39,365 bases of DNA from an uncultured Acidobacteriota bacterium (GTDB lineage Bacteria; Acidobacteriota; Vicinamibacteria; Marinacidobacterales; Marinacidobacteraceae), in contig CAYUVU010000332.1 in assembly GCA_964448205.1 (NCBI GenBank), forward strand, positions 1 through 39,365, in the 5' to 3' direction. Positions 27,831 through 36,781 of the stretch are shown here, one piece after another. A program made the translations under genes and the position numbers. The notes below the pieces were generated by a model, which was given only the letters and a program-made list of their open reading frames with translations, did no database searches and was not told where the DNA came from. The first letter of the stretch is position 1; each line of letters starts with the position of its first letter.

Positions 27831-30605
27831 GTGTTGAAAGCACTCCACGCGGGCGTTGGCCCGCTGGTGGTTCTCCTTGCCGGCATCCTGTCGGGGGTGC
27901 CCGCGAGCGGCGCTGCCGGGGGGCAGGGCGTGACGGGTCAGCCCGACGATCCGCTGTCGCGGCGGGTGGACTCGGTCGTCGTCCGCTGGGCCGACGGGAG
28001 CACCGAACCGGTGCCCGACGAGGTCTCCCGGCTGATTTCGGTCCGTCCCGGAACGCGCTTCCGGCCGCTCGTCGTGCGTCAGTCGGTGAAACAGGTGTTC
28101 GCGCTCGGCCGCTTCCGCGACGTCCGGGTGCGGTCGGAGGAAGCGCCGGGCGGGGACCTGCGGCTTGTCTTCGAACTCGACCCCATCCCCGGCATCGCCC
28201 GTCTGAGCGTCGAGGGCGCTCCCCCCGGCGAGGACCTGAACCTGATCGCGACGCTCGGTCTCGAGGTGGGGGAGTCCGTTCCGGACGATCTGCCGGTCCG
28301 GGCCGAGCGCGGCGAAGACTGGCTTCGCTCGCGCGGCTACGTGAGCGCGGAAGTGAGTATCCGGAGCGTTCCGGACGGGCGGGACGCGCTGCTCGAGGTG
28401 GTGGTCGCCGCCGCCGAGCGGGCGCGGGTCGCCTCGATCGAGGTCCTCGGGGTGGAGGATGAACTGGGCCGCGACCTCGTCTCCGCGCTGGGGGTTTCGC
28501 GGGACGATCCGTGGATCGAAACGGACGTCACGGCGCGGCTGCCGGAGGTGGAGGAAAGGCTCCGCGATCGTGGGTTCCTGTTCGCCACGGCTAGCCTCGA
28601 CTGGAGGCCGACCGGCGCGGGGGATGTGGAGGTCCAGCTGTCGGTGGACCGCGGCCCCGAAGTCACCCTGGAGGTGGAGGGGTTCGGTGCTTCCCAGGGA
28701 GACCCCCAGGGAGTCGTGGACGGGCTTTCCGGACAGACCCTGACGCTCGATGCGATCGAGGCGGCCCGGCAGGAGCTCCTCGACGAACTCCGGCGCGAGG
28801 GACGGCGGGACGGCGCCGTCACCGTGGAGAGCGTCGAGAGCGCCGGCGGGGGACACCGGACCTTCCGCTTCTCCGCTGACCCGGGCCCTCGCTACGTCGT
28901 CGGCGCCGTCTCCTCGGAGGGCGCGCCTCCCGCGGAGGCGGACACCGTCGCCGAGGTCCTGTTGCCGCTGCGGCCCGGGCGCCCCTACCGCGAAGAGGAG
29001 TGGCGGGCGCTGACCGACAGTCTGCGCCGGACGCTCCGTGGCCTGGGGTACTTCCAGGCCGAGGTGGCGCCGCTCCCGCCCCGGCCCGGGGAGCCCGCGG
29101 ACGATGGCGTTGCGATCGATCTCCGGGTGCGGATCGAGCCGGGTCCGCTCGCTTCCGTCGCGGCGGTGCGTTTCGAGGGGAGTGCGGCGTTCACCGACGC
29201 GGAACTGGCGGAAGTGGCCGCCCTGGCGCCCGGTTCGCCGTACGTGGCTGAAGGGATCGTGAATGCCCGCGAGGACCTGGAGACGTTTCATCGGAACCGG
29301 GGGTACCTGGAGGCGCTGGTGGAGGTCGAGGCCCCGGTGGATCCGGTCACTCACGAGGCGGAGGTCGTCTTCCGGATCCGCCCCGGGAGCTACTTCACGG
29401 TCGGGGGCATCATCGTCGCGGGCCTCGACACCACGCGGGATTCGGTGATCCGCTCCCGTCTCCCCTTCGCGGAGGGGGAGGCGCTCGGGAGCGGCGATCT
29501 GCTGGAAGTGCGCCGGCGTCTCGTGTCCATGGGGATTTTCCGCAGCGTGGACGTCAACCTGCTGGAACCCGAGGAACCGATCAGCGAACGGAACGTGCTG
29601 ATCCGGGTGGTGGAGGGCCCCCGCACCAGCATCGGCTACGGCGCCGGCTACAGCGAGCGCGAGCAGGTCCGGGGCGAGGGCGAATGGACCCGGAACAACC
29701 TCTTCGGGATGGGTCACACACTGAGCCTGTTCGGCCGTTTCTCGCTCAAGGGCACGCGCATGGTGGCCACCTACCGGGGGGCGGAGAGCGTCGAGGGCGA
29801 GATTCCCATCTTCGTGAGCGCGTTCCGGGAGTCGCAGGACCGGGAGAGTCTCGACTTCATCCGCTCCGGCATCGGCGTCCAGGTGACCCGCCGGATCCTG
29901 GGGCGAAACGTGTTCCTGCGCTACGACCTGACCACCAGCGAGCTGTTCAACCTGAAGATCAACCCCATCCAGATCGATCGGAACTTCGCCGACAACCTCT
30001 GGCTGTCGGCAGTCTCGGCCTCGGTGGTCACGGACACCCGCGACGATCCGGTGGATCCCCGCCGGGGCCGTTTCGGAATCGTGGACGTGGAGTGGTCATC
30101 GGCGCTCCTCCGATCCCGGGCGCCGTTCGTGAAGGGCCTGGGGCAGCAGTACCTGTTCTTCCCGGTCGGCGAAGCGGTCGTCCTTGCCGTCAGCGGGCGG
30201 CTCGGCCTCGCGTGGACGCTGGGAGCGGACGAGCCGGCCCTGGTGCCGATCACCGAGCGGTTCTTCGCCGGGGGCGCTACCAGCCTTCGCGGCTACAAGC
30301 TGGACCGCGCGGGACCGCTCGATCCGAGCGGATACCCGGTCGGCGGGAACATGCTCATCGTAGGGAACGTCGAGGTCCGGTTCCCCATTGTGGGAAGCCT
30401 CCGGGGCGCCGTGTTCTCCGATCACGGCGGGGTCTACAGCGAGGTGAGTTCGTTCCGCCTGCCGGACCTGGGGCACAACGTCGGCGCCGGGCTCCGCTGG
30501 AACACCCCGCTGGGACCGCTCCGGTTCGACTACGGAGTCCGTCTGGGCGACATCGGCGACGCCCCGCGGGGGCAGTGGCACTTCACCATCGGCCACGCGT
30601 TCTAG
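27831..30605 (+). CDS. Omp85 family (TamA/BamA-like) outer-membrane protein with POTRA domains
   Basis: POTRA-like repeats (LRxRGY), RFFAGGATSLRGY, GLRWNTPLGPLRFDYG, C-terminal Phe; start uncertain. Confidence 0.9.
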   Translation: MLKALHAGVGPLVVLLAGILSGVPASGAAGGQGVTGQPDDPLSRRVDSVVVRWADGSTEPVPDEVSRLISVRPGTRFRPLVVRQSVKQVFALGRFRDVRVRSEEAPGGDLRLVFELDPIPGIARLSVEGAPPGEDLNLIATLGLEVGESVPDDLPVRAERGEDWLRSRGYVSAEVSIRSVPDGRDALLEVVVAAAERARVASIEVLGVEDELGRDLVSALGVSRDDPWIETDVTARLPEVEERLRDRGFLFATASLDWRPTGAGDVEVQLSVDRGPEVTLEVEGFGASQGDPQGVVDGLSGQTLTLDAIEAARQELLDELRREGRRDGAVTVESVESAGGGHRTFRFSADPGPRYVVGAVSSEGAPPAEADTVAEVLLPLRPGRPYREEEWRALTDSLRRTLRGLGYFQAEVAPLPPRPGEPADDGVAIDLRVRIEPGPLASVAAVRFEGSAAFTDAELAEVAALAPGSPYVAEGIVNAREDLETFHRNRGYLEALVEVEAPVDPVTHEAEVVFRIRPGSYFTVGGIIVAGLDTTRDSVIRSRLPFAEGEALGSGDLLEVRRRLVSMGIFRSVDVNLLEPEEPISERNVLIRVVEGPRTSIGYGAGYSEREQVRGEGEWTRNNLFGMGHTLSLFGRFSLKGTRMVATYRGAESVEGEIPIFVSAFRESQDRESLDFIRSGIGVQVTRRILGRNVFLRYDLTTSELFNLKINPIQIDRNFADNLWLSAVSASVVTDTRDDPVDPRRGRFGIVDVEWSSALLRSRAPFVKGLGQQYLFFPVGEAVVLAVSGRLGLAWTLGADEPALVPITERFFAGGATSLRGYKLDRAGPLDPSGYPVGGNMLIVGNVEVRFPIVGSLRGAVFSDHGGVYSEVSSFRLPDLGHNVGAGLRWNTPLGPLRFDYGVRLGDIGDAPRGQWHFTIGHAF

Positions 30606-30628
30606 CTTGGAACGCCGGGTTCCCGAGC
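30605..30628 (+). repeat. Partial REP-like element
   Basis: gcttggaacgccgg core directly at the TAG stop. Confidence 0.5.
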
Positions 30629-30802
30629 TACGAGGAATGGGGCCGGCTGTCGCCGACCTCCATCCCTCGTGCTCAAGGGGTCTGCGCAGAGCTATCGCTC
30701 TGCTCCGAAACAGCCGGCACGGCGCAACCCCACGCGGCAAGAGTGGCCCCGGTCCCTCGCCCGGAATCCGGCAACCGGCCCCGGCTGTGCCAGACTGCCC
30801 CC

Positions 30803-31561
30803 GTGCGCAGACACGCCCGAATCGCGGGGAGGAACCTGAACTCCCACCAGCGCCGCTTCCGCTGGCCCGTCCGCCTCGCGCTCGGCGTCGTACTGGTGCT
30901 CGGTCCCGTCCCGCTGGTCTTCGGAGGCAGTGACTCGGACGCGCGCGGACAGGTTCAACCGGGAGCGGGCGCCGCGCGGGTCGACCGGGTGCTCGCGGTC
31001 GTGAACGGCGAACCGATCACCTACTCGGAAGTCCTGGAGGCCATCGCCCTGATGCCGGGGGTGACGCCCCCTCCGACCCTCGAGGAAGCGCTGGAGCGCC
31101 TCATCGACGCGAGGCTCATGGAGCACGAGGCCCGCCGGTACCTCCAGGAGCCGCCGTCGGAAGAAGAGAGCGAGGCGACGTTGCGGGCGCTCATGGACCG
31201 GTTCGCGACCCCGGCGGACTATCGCGCCACGCTGCGGCGCCTCGGGGTCGCCGAGGACTACCTGCGGAAGCGCATCGAGCGGGAACTGATCGTGGACCGC
31301 TACGTGGACCGTCGTTTCCGGCCGCTGGTGCAGGTGGCCCAGCGGGACGTCGAGGACTACTACCGGACCGTGCTGCTCCCGGACCTGGACGCCGGCTCGC
31401 CCGCAAGTTTGGTTGAAGTGGAGAGCCTGATTCGGAATATACTTGAAGAGCGCGATCTGAACCGGCGGATTTCCGCTTGGGTGGACGAGTTGAAGTCCAG
31501 CGCCAGCATCGTGCGATTGTCGCTCTCCGAGCCGCCCCAGTCGGACTGCCAGTCCGACTGA
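30803..31561 (+). CDS. SurA N-terminal-domain protein (no PPIase domain)
   Basis: VDRVLAVVNGEPITYSEV, LERLID, EDYY, WVDELKSSA; start approximate. Confidence 0.8.
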   Translation: MRRHARIAGRNLNSHQRRFRWPVRLALGVVLVLGPVPLVFGGSDSDARGQVQPGAGAARVDRVLAVVNGEPITYSEVLEAIALMPGVTPPPTLEEALERLIDARLMEHEARRYLQEPPSEEESEATLRALMDRFATPADYRATLRRLGVAEDYLRKRIERELIVDRYVDRRFRPLVQVAQRDVEDYYRTVLLPDLDAGSPASLVEVESLIRNILEERDLNRRISAWVDELKSSASIVRLSLSEPPQSDCQSD

Positions 31562-31677
31562 AACGTCGGGCCGAATCGTTCGGTCCCGCCGGGGCGATTC
31601 GAGGTCCCATCCGCGGGGAAGGGAACCCTTGGTTCGGGTGCGGCGTTATTCCTTTACCCATGGGTGAGGAGGAGTGA

Positions 31678-31698
31678 GTCACCTCGTCACGAGGTGAC
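31678..31698. promoter_or_regulatory. Perfect palindrome, candidate activator/operator site
   Basis: GTCACCTCGT-C-ACGAGGTGAC, about 45 nt upstream of the sigma-54 motif. Confidence 0.4.
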
Positions 31699-31740
31699 CA
31701 GAAGTTCCGCTCGGAGACGGAGCGGTCGGAGCAGTGAGGA

Positions 31741-31757
31741 TGGCACGCTGCGTGCTT
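31741..31757 (+). promoter_or_regulatory. Sigma-54 (-24/-12) promoter
   Basis: TGGCACGCTGCGTGCTT: GG-N10-GC, about 52 nt before ATG 31809. Confidence 0.7.
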
Positions 31758-31808
31758 ATCACCCTATAGACACGAAGTAGGCCAACAAGGAGTTATCTGG
31801 AGGGCGTT

Positions 31809-32843
31809 ATGGACCCTACGAGTACGGAATACGAAACCATCGAGTTTGTCGACGAGACGTTCGAGCTCGAGGAGGAAGAGGAAGAGTCCGCCGAGGACGA
31901 GGTAGACGCGGCGACCGAACTCGGTCTCGCTCCCGACACGCACCAGACCGGTGATCTGGATTCGATGGGGCTCTATCTGCGCGACACGCACCGGCACCGT
32001 CTGCTCACCAAGAACGACGAGCAGCGCTACAGCCGGGCCATGCAGAAGGCGTGGCAGGACATCGAGAGCTCCAACGATCCTTCGAATCAGGACCTCGCGG
32101 CCTTCTACAAGAACCGCGAGAAGATGATCGAGGGGAACCTGCGCCTCGTCATCTCCATCGCCAAGCAGTCCCGGGGAAAGGGACTCCCGCTGGGCGATCT
32201 CATTCAGGAAGGCAACATCGGACTCATGCAGGCGGTCCGCAAGTTCGAGCCCGAGCGGAACCTCAAGTTCTCCACCTACGCGACCTGGTGGATCCGCCAG
32301 GCGATCTGGCGCGCGCTCTCGCAGAAGTCCCGGACCATCAAGGTCCCGATCAACAAGCTGGACCTCCATCGCAAGGCGTCCAAGGTGAGGGCGGAGCTCG
32401 AGCAGCGGTACCGGAACGATCCGGCGCGCCGCGGCAAGCGTCAGTTCCCCTCCACCGATGACGTCGCCCGCGAGATCGGCGTGCCGCCGGAGAGGCTTCG
32501 CGACGCGCTCCGTTCGGTGCCGCAGATCGACTCGCTCGACGCGCCGCTGGTTCCCGACGGGACTCCGCGGATCCAGCTGACTCCCGATCCGGACCAGCTG
32601 AACCCGATCGAGGGCGTCACCGACGCCGAGCAGCGCCGGCACGTGCGGGATGCCATTTCGGACCTCCCCGACCGGCTGCAGCACGTGCTCAAGCGCCGCT
32701 TCGGCATTCTGGGCGGGCCGGAAGCCAACCTGGAGGAGATCGGGCGCGAGCTTCACCTCACCCGGGAGCGGGTGCGGCAGCTCGAGGCGGAAGCGCTCAC
32801 CCGGCTCCGCCAGGACCCGCGCCTCCGCATCTCCGCGAACTGA
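31809..32843 (+). CDS. RpoD/RpoS-like sigma-70 factor (group-2-like, no region 1.1)
   Basis: DSMGLYLRD (1.2), [45 protein letters not shown]. Confidence 0.92.
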   Translation: MDPTSTEYETIEFVDETFELEEEEEESAEDEVDAATELGLAPDTHQTGDLDSMGLYLRDTHRHRLLTKNDEQRYSRAMQKAWQDIESSNDPSNQDLAAFYKNREKMIEGNLRLVISIAKQSRGKGLPLGDLIQEGNIGLMQAVRKFEPERNLKFSTYATWWIRQAIWRALSQKSRTIKVPINKLDLHRKASKVRAELEQRYRNDPARRGKRQFPSTDDVAREIGVPPERLRDALRSVPQIDSLDAPLVPDGTPRIQLTPDPDQLNPIEGVTDAEQRRHVRDAISDLPDRLQHVLKRRFGILGGPEANLEEIGRELHLTRERVRQLEAEALTRLRQDPRLRISAN

Positions 32844-32851
32844 CCGCGCGC

Positions 32852-32950
32852 CGGCTTGGAACGCCGGTCTCCAGGCCGGCACGCGGGCCGAAGGCCCGCA
32901 GAGCGCGTCGGGCTGATCTGCCTGGAGGCGCGTACGGCTTGGAACGCCAG
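32852..32950 (+). repeat. Tandem REP-like elements
   Basis: cggcttggaacgccggtctccaggccggcac and gcgcgtacggcttggaacgcc; the latter matches 6906-6926. Confidence 0.7.
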
Positions 32951-33090
32951 CGGCGCCATTGCGGCTGTCGGCCAGCCCGCAGGTTTGCGTTTCCCCAGCA
33001 ACTGGCGCGCCGCGCGGCGCGACGGTTACCCCCCGAGTAGTTCCCTTCCCGGTCATCCACCCGAACGGGTCCGCCGGATACGATGGCCCC

Positions 33091-34701
33091 ATGCGCCGTC
33101 CACTGCCGTTCCCGACCCCCTTCCTGGCCGGGGCGCTCGCCGCCCTGGCCTTCCTGTCCGCCGCCCGCAGCGATGCCGGGCAGTCGCGCGAGATCGACCT
33201 CACTACCGCCACGATCGCCGAGATCAACGAGGCGGTGGATGCCGGCGTCCTGACCGCCGAGCGGCTCGTCGAGCTGTGCCTGGCGCGGATCGCGGCCTAC
33301 GACGACCAGGGGCCGCGGATCAACGCCGTCATCTCGGTGAATCCGAACGCCCGGCAGCGGGCCCGGGAAATGGACGCCGAGCGGGAGCGGTCGGGGCGCC
33401 GCTCGCCGCTGCACGGCATCCCGGTCCTCCTCAAGGACAACTTCGACACCGCGGACATCCCCACCACCGCGGGGTCCTTCCTGCTCCAGGATTCGCGGCC
33501 CCCCGACGATGCCTTCGTGGTGCGGAAACTGCGGGAGGCCGGCGCGATCGTGCTGGCCAAGGTGAACCTGAGCGAGTTCGCCTCCGGGGGCGCCATGAGT
33601 TCGCTCGGCGGCATCACCCGGAACCCGCACGATCCCACCCGCACCCCGGCCGGGTCTTCCGGTGGCACCGGCGCGGCGGTCGCGGCCGCGTACGGCTTTG
33701 TCGGGTTGGGTTCGGACACCGGGGGCTCGATCCGCGGCCCCTCCACGGCGAACGGGCTGGCGGGCCTCAAACCGACGCTCGGGCTCCTGAGCCGCGACGG
33801 CATCGTGCCCCTGGCGCTCTCCTTCGACACCGGCGGACCGATGGCGCGCAGCGTGTATGACGTGGCGGTCTCGCTCGGAACGATGGTGGGCGTGGACGAG
33901 GCGGATGCGGCGACGGCGAGCAGCGCCGGGCAGTTCCACGGCGACTACACGCAGTTCCTGGACGCGGAGGCGCTGTCGGGGGCGCGCCTGGGCGTGGCCC
34001 GGGACTTCATGGGCACCGACCGCGAGGTCGACTGGGCGATCGAGGCGGCGCTCGATGCGATGCGCGACGCCGGGGCCGAGGTCGTGGACGTGCGCTTCCC
34101 GGAGTGGCTGCTGGAGGTCGAGAGCGACTTCTACCTGACGGTGCGCTGGCCGGAGTTCCGCAAGCAGATCGCGGAATACCTGCAAGGACTGGGTGACGGC
34201 TATCCGCAGACGCTCGACGACCTCGTCGAGCGCTCCATGCGACTCCCCTCCCACGGCGACGGCCTGCGTCCCAACCCGGGACGCTGGAGCCTGTTTCTGC
34301 GCGAGAACGCCAGCGGGGAGGTCACGGACTACGCCCACATCGCGGTGCGGGAGCACGCGCTCCCGCTGGTCCGCTCCCTGGTGGAAGGCCTGATGGACCA
34401 GGAGAACCTCGACGCCATCGTCTATCCGACCTCTCCGACGCGTCCGGCGCTCATCGATCGTCCGCCGGACCTCTACGGACCCTCGCCCGTGCGCCTCGCC
34501 AACATGAGCGGGTTTCCGGACCTGATCGTGCCCGCGGGGTTCACCGGCGGAGGGCTCCCGGTGGGGATCTCGTTCCTGGGCCGGGCGTTCAGCGAGCCCC
34601 GGCTCCTGGCCCTCGGCTATGCCTTCGAGCAGCGGGTGAGGGCCCACCGGGTCCCCGCGCACACGCCGCCGCTGCCGGGCGAGCGGATCACCATTCCGTG
34701 A
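33091..34701 (+). CDS. Secreted amidase-signature family enzyme
   Basis: LHGIPVLLKDN (Lys), GSSGG, GSDTGGSIRGPS (Ser-cisSer-Lys triad); signal peptide. Confidence 0.93.
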   Translation: MRRPLPFPTPFLAGALAALAFLSAARSDAGQSREIDLTTATIAEINEAVDAGVLTAERLVELCLARIAAYDDQGPRINAVISVNPNARQRAREMDAERERSGRRSPLHGIPVLLKDNFDTADIPTTAGSFLLQDSRPPDDAFVVRKLREAGAIVLAKVNLSEFASGGAMSSLGGITRNPHDPTRTPAGSSGGTGAAVAAAYGFVGLGSDTGGSIRGPSTANGLAGLKPTLGLLSRDGIVPLALSFDTGGPMARSVYDVAVSLGTMVGVDEADAATASSAGQFHGDYTQFLDAEALSGARLGVARDFMGTDREVDWAIEAALDAMRDAGAEVVDVRFPEWLLEVESDFYLTVRWPEFRKQIAEYLQGLGDGYPQTLDDLVERSMRLPSHGDGLRPNPGRWSLFLRENASGEVTDYAHIAVREHALPLVRSLVEGLMDQENLDAIVYPTSPTRPALIDRPPDLYGPSPVRLANMSGFPDLIVPAGFTGGGLPVGISFLGRAFSEPRLLALGYAFEQRVRAHRVPAHTPPLPGERITIP

Positions 34702-34714
34702 CCCCGCCGCGCCG

Positions 34715-35665
34715 CTAGTCCGGAATCCGCAGCACCCCTTCGGCGACTTCCACGGCCTGCCCGCCGACGCGGACCAGCGAGGGTTGCCCGCCCTCCCGTT
34801 CGACCTCCACGTGGATCGAACTGGGACGACCCATCTCGTAGCCCTGCTCGATGACGAGGCGGACCGGATCCCGGTCAGCGTCCTTCACCAGTCCGTGCCG
34901 GACCAGCCAGGCGCCGAGCGCGCCCGCGGCGCTGCCGGTCGCCGGGTCTTCGTGCACGCCGAGTCCCGGAGCGAACATCCGGGCGTGCGCGGCGCTCTCT
35001 TCGCGGGCGCACTGGGTGGAGAACACCATCATGCAGTCGGAGCCGATCTCGTCGCGGTTGAGCAGCGCCTGGGCCGCCGCCGGATCCAGTTCGAGCTTCT
35101 CGATGCCGCGCAGCGACCGCACCGGCACCATCAACTGGGGAAGCGCCGTCGAGACGACCTGCGCCGGCCGCCCGTCGGGAAGGAGTTCGTCGGCGCCGAT
35201 ACCGAGGCAGGCAGCGAGGGAGCTCCGATCGGTGAGTTCGGCGAAGAAGCGCGGGGGCGCCTGCGTCATGACGACCTGCTCCACTTCGCCTCCACGGACC
35301 CGGATGTCCACCGGCAACACCCCGGCGCCACACTCCTGGTGGATGCGGTGGACGCCGGTGCCGAGGTTCCGGAGCGCCTCGCCGAGGCCCAGCTCTCCGC
35401 GCCTGGCGAGCACGAAGAAGGTCCCCACGACCGGATGGCCCGCCAGCGGAAGCTCCGTATTGGGGGTGAAGATGCGGAGGCGGCAGAGCGCCTGCACATC
35501 GGTCGGCGGCAGCACGAACGCGGTCTCCGAGAGGTTCATCTCGGCGGCGATCCGCTGCATCTCCTCGCCCGACAGCCCTTCGGCGCCGGTGACGATGGCC
35601 AGCGGATTCCCGGCGAACGCGCGGTCGGTGAAGACGTCCGCCTGAAGGAACCGGTACTCGCGCAC
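34715..35665 (-). CDS. PhzF family isomerase/epimerase
   Basis: DVFT..FAGNPL, MNLSETAF, RIFTP..ELPLAGHP, EDPATGSAAG, IEQGYEMGRPS. Confidence 0.92.
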   Translation of the reverse strand: MREYRFLQADVFTDRAFAGNPLAIVTGAEGLSGEEMQRIAAEMNLSETAFVLPPTDVQALCRLRIFTPNTELPLAGHPVVGTFFVLARRGELGLGEALRNLGTGVHRIHQECGAGVLPVDIRVRGGEVEQVVMTQAPPRFFAELTDRSSLAACLGIGADELLPDGRPAQVVSTALPQLMVPVRSLRGIEKLELDPAAAQALLNRDEIGSDCMMVFSTQCAREESAAHARMFAPGLGVHEDPATGSAAGALGAWLVRHGLVKDADRDPVRLVIEQGYEMGRPSSIHVEVEREGGQPSLVRVGGQAVEVAEGVLRIPD

Positions 35666-35678
35666 GAACGCCCCGAGT

Positions 35679-36164
35679 CTATCCGTTGGGGAACAGGAGC
35701 CGGCCGCTCCGGTTGGGCCCGGGCGCCTGCCGCCCCTGCCTGGCGGCCGCTTCCGAGGCGAGGGTATGGGCCCTTTCGTTTCCCGGGTGGCCGGCGTGAC
35801 CCGGGACCCACTCGAACCGAACCCCGGGCCGCCCGGCGCGCGCCGCGGCCAGCCGCCGCCACAGGTCGGCGTTCTTGACCGGGCGGCGGTTCGCCGTCTG
35901 CCAGCCGCGCCGGACCCAGGACGGAAGCCACTGGGTGATGCCCTTGACCACGTATTGACTGTCGCACAACACCGTGGCCGCGGCTCCTTCCGGCACCGCT
36001 TCCACCGCCCGGATGGCGGCGGTGAGCTCCATACGGTTGTTCGTGGTCTGCGGTTCACCCCCCGACAGGACCCGTTCCTCTCCGGCATCGGTCAGGATCA
36101 CCGCCGCCCACCCTCCCGGTCCGGGGTTGCCGAGGCAGGAACCGTCGCACGCGATCTGCAGCAT
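35679..36164 (-). CDS. rnhA: Ribonuclease HI
   Basis: DGSCLGNPGPGGW, TTNNRMEL, DSQYV, VKNADLW, WVPGHAGHPGNE. Confidence 0.95.
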   Translation of the reverse strand: MLQIACDGSCLGNPGPGGWAAVILTDAGEERVLSGGEPQTTNNRMELTAAIRAVEAVPEGAAATVLCDSQYVVKGITQWLPSWVRRGWQTANRRPVKNADLWRRLAAARAGRPGVRFEWVPGHAGHPGNERAHTLASEAAARQGRQAPGPNRSGRLLFPNG

Positions 36165-36204
36165 CCGCTCGGTATCCTACGTGGAGGTTCTGCCTCCCGT
36201 TCGA

Positions 36205-36762
36205 ATGTCCTGGATTCACATGGTTCCGCCCACCGCTCCCGAGGGGCAGGCGGGGCGGCTCGGGAAGCTCTATCGGCGCCATCGCCGGCCCGACGGACTG
36301 GTGGACAACATCCTGAGGGTGTCCAGCCTGAATCCCGAAGCGCTGGAGCACCACCTGTCCCTGTATGAACACCTCATGCGGGGCGAGTCGGGCCTGAGCC
36401 TCGCCGAACGGGAGCTGATCGCGGTCGCCGTTTCGGTGGTCAACGACTGCCACTATTGAATCGAGCATCACCGGAGGGGTCTTCTCCGGCTGACCCGGGA
36501 TCCCGAACTGGTGGATGCCCTGCGCCGTGACCCGGAGGGCTGTTCGCTCTCGCCCCGCCATCGCGCGCTCGCCGACTACGCCACCAAACTGGCGCGGACC
36601 CCGGGGAGCCTGGCGGAGGAAGATCTCGAGCCGCTCCGCCGGGTTGGACTCTCCGACCGCGACATCCACGACGCGTGCGCGGTGGCCTCCTACTACTGCT
36701 TCGTGAACCGCATGGCGAACGGCCTGGGGGTGGAGTTGGAGGAGGCGGCAACCGGCCGGTAG
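36205..36762 (+). CDS. AhpD/CMD-family peroxidase-related enzyme, probable selenoprotein (Sec at codon 85, TGA 36457-36459)
   Basis: LSLAERELIAVAVSVVNDCHY-TGA-IEHH continues in frame through RALADYATKL, DLEPLRRVGLSD, SYYCFVNRMANGLG. Confidence 0.85.
36468..36493 (+). promoter_or_regulatory. Candidate bacterial SECIS hairpin
   Basis: tca-ccggagg-GGTCT-tctccgg-c-tga; loop starts with G, 18 nt after the UGA. Confidence 0.7.
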
Positions 36763-36781
36763 CCCGGCCCTCCCGGGAGGT

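Noticed and set aside
29684-30802. N-terminal half of the 625-aa ORF 29684..31561
   Set aside because: Overlaps the Omp85 gene out of frame; SurA-like similarity begins only after about 30800.
31562-31740. Known riboswitch or 6S RNA upstream of the sigma gene
   Set aside because: Hairpins are present but I recognise no family consensus; an Rfam scan is needed.
34715-35665. Phenazine biosynthesis cluster
   Set aside because: Lone PhzF-family gene; no other phz genes nearby.
36511-36762. Independent 83-aa gene, or a pseudogene call
   Set aside because: In frame with the upstream half; TGA falls at the catalytic Cys position with a SECIS-like stem, so read-through explains it better.
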